Positions 54,366-64,000 of a stretch of 64,000 nucleotides of DNA are shown here, piece by piece. Numbering within the stretch: position 1 is the first letter of the stretch; each line of letters begins with the position of its first letter. The DNA comes from Podarcis melisellensis (lineage: Eukaryota): assembly GCA_964234715.1 (NCBI GenBank), contig OZ174276.1. The stretch is one strand, 5' to 3'. The translations under genes were made by a program, and so were the position numbers. A model generated the notes under the pieces. The model was not told where the DNA came from. It searched no databases and was given only the letters and a program-made list of their open reading frames with translations.

Positions 54366-54491
54366 GGCACACTGACTTTATAATGCCATTATACTTGGGA
54401 GTAGGCCCATTGAAATTAATGGACATGACTAACTTGGTCAGTTAATATTTGAGTAATATTTGTATACAACCCTTAAAATTATACAGTATTT

Positions 54492-54652
54492 CATAGAATC
54501 ATAGAATCATAGAGTTGGAAGAGACCACAAGGGCCATCGAGTCCAACCCCCTGCCAAGCAGGAAACACCATCAGAGCACTCCTGACATATGGTTGTCAAG
54601 CCTCTGCTTAAAGACCTCCAAAGAAGGAGACTCCACCACACTCCTTGGCAGC
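54492..54652 (-). mobile_element. CR1 LINE 3' end
   Basis: Nearly identical to 48478-48609, with an ATTCTATG tail. Confidence 0.88.
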
Positions 54653-56002
54653 AAATTTGTGTTCTGTGAATTTTATTCACACCTCTCTGGAATTTTTTCA
54701 TGAAGGGCAGCTGATAAATCTTTAAACAAACAATCAAACAAACAAACAAACAAACACGACACTACAAAAATGTTAGCTAACAGCCTAGTTCCAAATCTTA
54801 CTATTCTAGTAAAAAAAATGTGAAGATAAAGTATGTTAAGTTCAGAGCCAGTGTAGCCTTGGAAACTATGGCGCTACACTGCCATTTCAAGACTTCTGCT
54901 TTGTTATTTTGTTCAGTTGTTCCCATTTAAATTTATACCAGTGAGTACTTTAGCTATCCATTGTGGTGTGTTTGAGCTTGAACCCACCTAGACAACTAGC
55001 TTCTCCTGAATAAACTCTTGTCACTCCAGGATAGCAGTGTCACCCGTATCACCTGTATCACCATATGGGGTAGTAAGGAGAATTTTACCAAAGGGCATCT
55101 GCCAATGCGTGGTGAAGTTCTGTTAGGATGTGAAGTAAACTTAGCATCTGTAGTTACTCATGCCTGGAAACTGCCCTGACAAAGGCTACTCTCAGTGTCT
55201 TACAATTTGGCAAAGGTAGGGTGAGTGCTAAGGTTTAATAAACAAAAATGTGTGGCAGCTTTGAAAGAACACAGGTTTTTCTTTTACTACCAAGTAAAGT
55301 ACTGAAATCTCAACTTCACTGCATAATTTAGTCAGGCTGCCTTAATGTAAAAATGCTCCACTACCTATGGTTTACTACTTTCCAATTCTTTCCAATACCT
55401 ATCTCCTCATCGCTAGAGTGTACTGTTAAAAACAGAAGTTTTGACACGCACACTCACTCTATATATATGTATGTACATGAATAACAAATACGGGTAGTTT
55501 AGCATATGAAAGTGAAGTCCATAAAGGAAGAACATTCCAACTAAGCTGCTGACAAGAGAATCCTCATGTAGCTTCTGAGAGGAGGAGGCTCATGAGCTTT
55601 GAAATCTGAAAATGCACATTAACCACACACAGGCCTTCCGGAAGCATGTTGGAAAACCACCCTCTCTTGGTACTTAAGTTCTTAGGGCATTGCCTTTTCA
55701 TTTCTGTTGGGAAGCCCTGTGTCAGCAATAAAGGCCACTGTTGTGGGTGCGCCTATTTTTAATAAATGCATATTCTTAAACAGTTGGCAGGCAACCTGCA
55801 GATTTAAAAGAGCATTAGCACATAAAGTAGCAGTGACAACAACTCCTTGAGGGCATATTCATCCAGCAAAGCTGACTTTACTTTTTTAAATAAAACCCAT
55901 GGGTCGTTTATACTGCTGCATGTTTATTTTGAATTCATGAACTAGTATTTATCTGCAAGCAAACCTGACTCATTTTTGTATGTTTGTTCTTTCTGTTCTT
56001 AG

Positions 56003-56032
56003 GCTGCCTTCCAGGAGAATGTTGGTAGACAG
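56003..56032 (+). CDS. TBCD: TBCD short coding exon (30 nt; AAFQENVGRQ)
   Basis: ttcttag acceptor and CAG|gtatgg donor. Continues CRRAAS-AAFQENVGRQ. Symmetric, phase 0/0. Confidence 0.93.
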
Positions 56033-56326
56033 GTATGGTAACTTCTTCTCTTTTTTTTTAACTCTCTTCATTTAATTTCTTGTAAATCTACTGTAGCGTA
56101 AAATTAAGTGTAGACATTTTGTCACTTGTGGAAGTGAAGGGAGAGTTTGGTGAATTTGGACAAATGATTTCAAAATGATCTTGGTAATGCTTCATGTGTA
56201 CCTATTAAAAACCTAATTACGACATTTGAGTATATTCTGAGGGAGAGCCCTTAGCTTTTTAAAAGGCAGCATACCAAATACCACCATTCCGAAAATCAGC
56301 ACAGTGCAAAAGCTGTTAGGGAAGTA

Positions 56327-56584
56327 CCATATTTTTTGCTCTATAAGACTCACTTTTTCCCTCCTAAAAAGTAAGGGGAAATATGAGGCGTCTTTCTGAG
56401 CGAATGCAGGCTGCGCAGCTATCCCAGAAGCCAGAACAGCAAGAGGGATTGCTGCTTTCACTGCACAGCAATCCCTCTTGCTGTTCTGGCTTCTGAGATT
56501 CAGAATATTTTTTTTCTTGTTTTCCTCCTCGAAAAACTAGGTGCGTCTTGTGGTATGGTGCGTCTTATAGAGCGAAAAATACAG
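56327..56584. mobile_element. TcMar (Tc2/pogo-like) MITE with internal hairpin
   Basis: TIRs CCATATTTTTTGCTCTATAAGAC / GTCTTATAGAGCGAAAAATACAG with TA flanks. Internal inverted repeat at 56421-56499. Confidence 0.85.
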
Positions 56585-57444
56585 TATTTTTCTTGAGCAA
56601 TAGGAACAGCTTCTGCCCCTGTTTCCCTCCTTAATCTGAGGCAGCAGTGGTTGTTGGGTAGCTGTATAAATGCAATGGAGAATGAGGGTTGAGCGCAACT
56701 TTGTTGGAAAGAAAAAGCACTTCTAATTCCCAATGGTGCCCACTTCCCTGATTTTTATACAGTTTTGCACATTTCTAGACCAGAATGTAAATAATTTATA
56801 GTCAGATTAATTTCACTTTTAAGGGAACCTCAGTGAGGTTGCTTAAAGAAAGACTGATTAAAAAAATAAGACAAAATTGCTAAAATGGTTTTCCATTGGT
56901 ATGTAGAAGGTAGTAGCCTTGCACTGTTTCTTTTCTGAAAGTCCATCAGTAGTGAATATGTATACATTGGTAAGTGGAAACAGATAAGCCTTTTTGCAGA
57001 TTAAAGCATTTTTGAAACATGTTTGAAAGCATGGGGACAAAATGTTATTTGGTAACAGACTCACTAGGAGCACTGTTTTTTGTGGTACTATTTCTTAAGG
57101 GATACACAATGCTGATGGATCAATCCTGTACTGTGCTTCTATTTCAAAAGTTGAGAGGACTTAAACATTGTTCCTGGTATGCGTTTACACCAACTGTATA
57201 CACTTCTATTCCTATTCTAGTAGCCCTGGGAGCAATTTTCAAGTATTGTTTGACATACTCCAGAAATGCGCACAACCTGTTAGACTAGAGAGGCAGAGAC
57301 CATGGCAAGAGAGAAAAACGTAATTTGTGTTCTGTGGTCCTACGATACCACCCCAGTCCCTGGAATATAATGAATCCATATGGACCAGGTGACCATGTTA
57401 ACTATATCCTGGTGGGTTTTGGCACCCACATTCCCCATGCTGTT

Positions 57445-57770
57445 AGAATCATAGACTTGTAGAGTTGGAAGGGACCCCAAGGGTCATCTAGTCCAACCCC
57501 CCGCAATGCAGCATTCTCAAGTAAGGTACCAATTACAGATGCCATCCAACCTCTACTTAGAAACTTACAAGGAAGGAGAGTCTACCACCTTCCAAGGGTG
57601 TCCATTCCACTGTCAAACAGCTCTTACTGTCGGAAAGTTCTTCCTGATGCTTAGCTGGAATGTCCTTTCTTGTAACTTGAAGACATTGGTTCAAATCCTA
57701 CCCTCCAGAGCGCGAAGAAAACAAAGTTGCTCCATCCTCCAGGCGGCAGCCTTTTAAAGATTTGAAGATA
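57445..57770 (-). mobile_element. CR1 LINE 3' fragment
   Basis: Homologous to 32286-32650, with an AGAATCATAG tail. Confidence 0.85.
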
Positions 57771-58603
57771 GCTTGGTTCATCATATCCAGTACTGCTGGT
57801 TATCTGTTCTAGCATTTGTGAATTTAGTAGATAGTTAATCATAAAGTTTTGAGAAGAAACGTTGATCATTATCCTATTCTACATGGTCTGTTAGATGCCC
57901 TTGTTCTTAGCCCCAAAACTTTATGCTATTATACTTTTGGATTTTTAGAAAGCTCTATACTATTCTTTTCGGGGTTTGGTTATCAACACTCTGCACAGTA
58001 TTCCATGTATCTTTGCACCATAGATATTTATACAGGCATTATAATGCTGAGAGTTTTCTTTTCTGTTCCTTTCTTAATGGCATTCATCTTTTTCACAGCT
58101 GTCACATACTGAGGCAATGTTCTTGTTGAGTTATCTACCACAATCCCAATATGCCTTTATTGGTCAGTTATCCACAGTTCAGACTCCATAAGGCATGTGC
58201 GATTTTTTTTTTCTATTTCTGTTTGGTCATAATGTGATTTAGTATTTCTTCATGCTTGGAGTGGCCAATCCTTGCTGCCTTCAGAGTTTTGCCAGCTTTT
58301 TCATTTAGTATCAACTCTTGACTCCCACTCCATCTGAAACTTTAAACACTCCCTCGAATGTGTCTGCACCCTGGGGTGGCTTTTACCACACTCTTCATTG
58401 ACTGCTTCTTACTGAGGTGGCAAAACAGCCTGGTGAACATGCCAGTGCTGGTTATGATGCTGCATTATGAGAAAGGGTGCAGTTTGGCTAAGTTCTTCAT
58501 TTTTACCAATATAGCCTTTTGATTATTTTTCTTTTTCATCAGAGTGACATTCATATATTCCTTTTGGTTTTGTTACACTTGAATGTGTGCAGTCCGCTCC
58601 AAT

Positions 58604-58836
58604 TGTTGTTGTTGTTTAGTCATTTAGTCGTGTCCAACTCTTCGTGACCCCATGGACCAGAGCATTCCAGGCACTCCTGTCTTCCACTGCCTCCCGCAGT
58701 TTGGTCAAACTCATGCTGGTAGCTTTGAGAACACTGTCCAACCATTTCGTCCTCTGTCGTCCCCTTCTCCTTGTGCCCTCCATCTTTCCCAACATCAGGG
58801 TCTTTTCCAGGGAGTCTTCTCTTCTCATGAAGTGGC
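58604..58836 (-). mobile_element. RTE BovB LINE 3' fragment
   Basis: GHFMRREDSLEKTLMLGKMEGTRRRGRQRTKWLD...VHGVTKSWTRLND-stop followed by a (CAA)n tail. Possible CCAAT duplication at the flanks. Confidence 0.92.
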
Positions 58837-59664
58837 CAATGCAGCAGTTTACGCTGATAGCGCTGCTGGTAGAATCTTGTACCTCACATCTCATTTTACT
58901 CAAATGCTGATACTTAGCGTTTATATAGGAGTTTACATTTTCCTGTAATCTCTAATTATAAATTATTATTAACGAATAATACCTCATCTCTACAAAACAT
59001 AGCTAATAACTGGAAAGAGAATGTCGCTTTTCAAACAGGAGTTTTGATATAGACCAGGCTGGCGAAATTAGGCCCGTTTGGCTCATGTGGTAGTTTGTGG
59101 GAGGTCATGCTCACCTGTAGGGTTTATATTTAGCACTGAATGCAAATCCCTCTGCTTTCCTATGGTCTTGGTTCTTGCCATCTGTCAAACATGGCTTGCA
59201 GAGGAATGACTACTTTTTTTATCTGACCTGCTGGCTCTCACTTCTGATATTGACTTCGGTGTGTCCCAAAAAGAACTGTGACAAAGGTGCAGAATGTTCA
59301 AATTGCTCTCTGTGTTGTCACTCCAGAGATTATAGTAATGACAAAAGTACTCACCGTTTAGAACTGGATTGAGTAAACACCCTGCTCTGACTTCATCCTG
59401 TTTCAAGTTGCCAGTTTTCTTGGGTCTCAAACTTGCAGCTTTACCTTAGCTGGTCTTGCTGAAATTTATTGGTGGCACATGTCCCATGTCCCAATGCAAA
59501 TACTGTAATTTAACTATGGAAATGGTGATTACAAACGAAGTGATGCTGCCTCAAAAAACAACAACACTTGATTATCCATAGTTCCTTTTGTTCCTTTTTC
59601 AGGATGTGCTTTACATCCATTGAGAAAAGCTTCCCTCTCTCTTTTGAGATGCTTCTCTTTTGTG

Positions 59665-60175
59665 GATTAAGATTAAGATAGATTAAGATAAATTTATTGT
59701 CATTGTCCGTATATACACAGTATACACAACAACGAAAATCAAACACCCAAAGACCGGGTTCACATACACATTTGCACGCATCTCCAACACTCTCATCCTA
59801 TTCAGACATAATCTATAAAACATAACATAATCCAGAATATAACATAACCTATTAAAGGCACAACATAACCTAAAACCTATCTCATTCCTTCCTACTCCCT
59901 GCTTGCTATTTCTTGCAACTGGGATCATTATTTAATGCAATCAGAGCTCTTGGATAGAAACTATTCAGAAGGCGTGTGGTTCGTGTTTTCATTGTCCTAT
60001 ATCTTCTGCCCGAAGGCAACAGTTCAAAGAAGTTGTGAGCAGGATGGGTGGGATCTCTCAGGATATTGTGTGACTTCTTCAAACTGCGAGACGTGAAGAT
60101 CTCATCCAGGGTTGGTAGTTGGAGCCCAATAACATTCTGGGCAATTTAATTATTCTCTGTAAAGCTTTTTTATCC
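59665..60175 (-). mobile_element. Rex1/Babar LINE 3' fragment
   Basis: DPTHPAHNFFELLPSGRRYRTMKTRTTRLLNSFYPRALIALN, then AATAAA and an (AATCTT)n tail. Confidence 0.85.
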
Positions 60176-61867
60176 ATTTTATCACATATAGTATGGTACC
60201 TATACTGATTCAGCAATTGCTTTTTCTAAATATTTCAGGATTTTATACACCATTGCATTTGTGCCCATATTCTTTTAAGATAAGATTAAGATAAGATTAA
60301 GATTAAGATTAAGATTTGTATTGCAGTTCAAAATCAGAGGTACTCTCTCCTGTGATTCAGAAGAGCAGCATGCAGGCAGTTGTCAGTGTTGCTAGGACAC
60401 GGAAGTGAGCATTGATTTATTGTGGGTAGAACTTGGATTAAAAACTAGTGGAAGAGGATTTGAGACAAAGCAGCAATTCCAGTTGCAATACAGGAATCAT
60501 TTGGGAGCGAAGATGAAGAGAGAGAAAGAGACGGAGTAATAAAATTGCAGCAAGTGGGGTGTGAGAGGCGGGAGAAGATAAATGAGAGAGAAAGAGAGAT
60601 GGGTATCACACCAAAAGAGAGAGATGGGCTTACATGGATAGGGAGAGCAGAACATGGCAGGAGAGAGAGATGGTTTTACTATTTACTGCTAAGGAGTAAT
60701 CTGCTGGATGAATAAAAATTTAATCCAGATAAGATGGAGATGCTTCTGTATGTCAGTGTTCAGCTTCTCCTGATGTTGAGATTTTGCTTGTTCTCTTTCC
60801 TTTTGGGGGTTTCTTTGGGGTTTTTTTCTGGGTCTGGTTTTTCCCAGTTCAGGCAGATATACCAACTGCTCCCATTTCTGGGGAAGAGTCACGCCTAGTC
60901 ATAATGCCTTAGTTATTACTTTAATGTGCTTTTTGTGGGGCTGCCTTTGAAAGTGTAAGTTGGTCGAGAATTCAAGCCTGGATGCTTGGCGGATTGTGGC
61001 TTTCTGATGGAGAGGCCCTTTGCTGCATCCCAGTAAGAGTGTGTGTTAGATTAATCAGCATGTGTAAGACGTCATTTCTGTAGCCACATCCCAGTGTTGG
61101 AACACTTTCCTGCAGAGAGTTTGCTAGATGAATAATTTTTGTGCAGGTGGGCTTTTTATAATTTTTGGTGTTTTAAACTGATCCTGATTATTAATTCCTT
61201 TCCATACTGTTTCTGGGCTTGGGTTTTTATTTGATTACTTTATTGTTTGTTAGTTATTTGTTCTTTGACTGTTGTTAGTTGCCTTGAGAAAGTGTGGAGA
61301 TCAATTATTCTAAATCAAAAGGAAGGAAACTTGGGATCTGTTTGGGAGTGGTGACAGATTTGCCTCGAGCCTTGAGTTTATAAGGAGCAGCTCATTTCAC
61401 ATGCCATAAAATCAGTCCAGAGGACCTGTGTGTTGGGTTGCTTTTCTTGCTGTAAGAGAAGATTTGCTACTGTGTTACAAAAATTGACAGCAAGAAGGAA
61501 GTCTATACTAGTGAACCACCTTTTCCCCCAGGGTGGAGTACCAAATTACTCCTTGCAGCCTAAGAAAATGGCTGCTAATTATGATAGGTATGTGTGACCC
61601 ATTTTTTCCTAATCAGTTTTGTCATGTGAATCAGCCAGACAACTTTCCCCATGACTACAAGGGAGATTTAGGACTTATTTTCCATCGGAAGACATAATGT
61701 TCTTGCTGAGTTTTGCAAGCAAAAAACAGTGTTAGATTTGTGTGTAGTCCTTCTGTTTTCTTGATTACAGTTGCTTGCAGGGCTGAGATAATTTTTTCTG
61801 GAGTGGGCGTTCCACAATGAAAGATCACGTTTCAGGTAGCATGACATTTTCTCCAAAAGGACAGCTC

Positions 61868-61868
<1 letters not shown>

Positions 61869-61900
<32 letters not shown>

Positions 61901-61917
61901 CCAACCAACCAACCAAC
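61869..61917. repeat. (TCAA)n-(CCAA)n compound microsatellite
   Basis: Directly visible. Confidence 0.95.
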
Positions 61918-62159
61918 TATACTTTTTGCTGTGAAATTGCAGTCTCTTCCTGGCTCTTAGGGAGGTACTTGCCAAGCAATCAGGGAATTTTGCCTTGCTC
62001 ATACTGTTGTGAGTTACCTATTTAAAGTGACTGCAACAGCTACTTAAATGGGGCAATCAGCAGTGCTATGCTGAACACCTCCTCCTCTTCCTTGAATAGG
62101 AGGGAGTGGATCATGTTGCACATAGTGTTGTGGATGACCTCATTTTGAGTACAGTGGTA

Positions 62160-62385
62160 CAGTGGTACCTCGGGTTACATACGCTTCAGGTTACAGACTC
62201 CGCTAACCCAGAAATAGTACCTCGGGTTAAGAACTTTGCTTCAGGATGAGAACAGAAATCGTGCTCTGGTGGCGCAGCGGCAGCAGGAGGCCCCATTAGC
62301 TAAAGTGGTGCTTCAGGTTAAGAACAGTTTCAGGTTAAGAATGGACCTCCAGAACGAATTAAGTACTTAACCCGAGGTACCACTG
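62160..62385. mobile_element. TcMar/Tigger-like MITE, family A (opposite orientation)
   Basis: Full TIRs and TA flanks. An extra CAGTGGTA lies at 62152-62159. Confidence 0.9.
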
Positions 62386-63559
62386 TATGTTGCTGCCACT
62401 TTAAAGATGACATTTTTGTCCCATTCTTTTTTCTCCTGACAGACTGCAAAAGTTGGAAACCCTTTTTTCATGAGATAGATAGTTTCATATGTCTCCTTTT
62501 TATGCCTCAGCTCTATTTCATTGTGCTTTCTTTTAGAGAAGTTATTTTTAAATGCCAGTCTTTCTACCACATTTCTAACAACTTGAATAGTTTGTTTTAG
62601 ATTGTAAGCTCTCTCTAAATTCTAAATCTGGTGGCAAGTAGAACCTATGCTTTCTTTTAGCAAACCATGACAGTGTGTTGGCAAAGCAATAAAACCTATA
62701 TTATGCAAATTTTCTGTATTCACATTTCTTTTTTTATGAGCAAGACTTACTGTGGACATTTTTTTAATCTCTGGCATCCCAGCATCTGAAGTCTCACTCT
62801 CTATTTCAAGCACTTCAATTATATGGTTGAAACAGTTACATTTTTTACCATTTTACACTTTTATAGCTCTCTGGTGAAAGCATGTAAGCAAAGTTATTTA
62901 CAAAAATAATTATGAAAAGGTCTAAAATTGATCCATCCTATGGTTTCACTTTTGTTGCATTTTGGTGATTAGTTTCTAGTTCTAGTTTACTTTGTCTTTA
63001 GTTGATGTGTTGTCTCCTCTTGTAGGAAAATTTTCATTATGATACTGAAGCAAAACAAGGTCAACTAATAATAACTCTGTGACCTATATATCAACAATTA
63101 GGAATGACTCAAGTGAATTTTCAAGCAACAAAAGGTGTGCTAGAGACTTGGGCTGTGGTTCTATACCCATGTGACATTAAGCCTCCTTCCCAGTTAATTG
63201 GACCTTCTCAGTAGACATGGGTTTTTCTGGGCGGATTGAATACTGAACTATTAATCCTGAGAACCTACTTTTCTGTACTCTGGATATAAGCCCTCATAGA
63301 AAATGGTTGACTAGAAGGAATTAAAGTCTAGTGCTAGGGCAGTCTCTCCCCTCTGTGGCTCTAGCTGTGTTTTGTTGGAGGATGAGCTGCTGTTGGTCTG
63401 ATAGATTTGTCCCAAATTCTGACACTTTAACTGAAAGACATGAGAGTGTGATGTATGTAACTTTAAAATGTTGATCTGGCTTAGTAGATTGCCCTTGGAC
63501 TTGGGAAGTAGCAATAGAAACAAGAGTAAAATAAAAGTGATAGGTCCCAGGAAGCTCGC

Positions 63560-63777
63560 TGGACGCTCGGGTTGTGAACATGATCCGTGTGGGATGCACG
63601 TTTGCAACCCGCAGCATTCGCAACCCGTGTCTGCACATGCTCGGGTTGCAGTTTGGCGCTTCTGTGCATGCGCGACCGCCGAAAACTGGAAGTAACCCGT
63701 TCTGGTACTTCCGGGTTTCGGCGGTCCGCAACCTGAAAAGACACAACCTGAAGTGGCTGTAACCCAAGGTATGACTG
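63560..63777. mobile_element. TcMar/Tigger-like MITE, family C, left end damaged
   Basis: Reverse-complement homologue of 16841-17095. Right end is GGTATGACTG-TA. Confidence 0.8.
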
Positions 63778-64000
63778 TATAATGATGTTACAGTGTTCAA
63801 GGAGGTGGGGGAAATTGCAGCAGTAAAGGTTGGAAAGCTGATGAGTGAGGGAGTGAGACATTTACGCCTTTGAGGGTGCAGTAAACCTGGGGTCACCATG
63901 GTAGAGGCATAGGAAGCAATAAATGACATGAGCACCTTTTGTGATTGAAATGGTCACATCCAAATGGATTACAAGTGTAAGAAGTGTTTTGCTTAAGCAT

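Noticed and set aside
60410-60870. Purine-rich GAGA block resembling an LTR-retrotransposon gag coiled-coil
   Set aside because: Too degenerate to assign, with no LTRs or diagnostic motif.
63311-63935. Cluster of overlapping ORFs up to 204 aa (also at 16649-17305)
   Set aside because: They run through GC-rich family C MITE copies. Their mutual similarity reflects the repeat, not a gene family.
56033-64000. Next TBCD exon (GTFPHGIDI...)
   Set aside because: Not found. The acceptor-like ttgtag at ~63025 is followed by unrelated sequence.

Overview
Vertebrate genomic DNA, most likely from a squamate (lacertid-like lizard), inferred from its repeats: Sauria SINE, CR1, BovB, Rex1, L2 and Tigger-like/hAT MITEs. 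The window lies entirely within TBCD (tubulin-specific chaperone D, + strand). Nine consecutive coding exons (804 nt, 268 codons) were reconstructed with GT-AG boundaries and consistent phases. The complete ZNF750 gene is nested antisense in the 27.3-kb intron 16586-43899. It has a predicted non-coding exon 1 and two coding exons (~704 aa, zinc finger, two PLNLS motifs, C-terminal basic NLS). This nested arrangement is already known from human. I found no convincing novel protein-coding system. The best leads are ZNF750 regulatory features and mobile-element events: a 12-codon uORF, p63-like elements, a NAGNAG acceptor, a sense-oriented LINE that appears to split the ZNF750 3'UTR and supplies a poly(A) signal, a MITE with a perfect 30-bp internal hairpin beside a 30-nt TBCD exon, and a degenerate Harbinger transposase-like fragment. 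Family names and human comparisons come from recognition or memory, not database searches.
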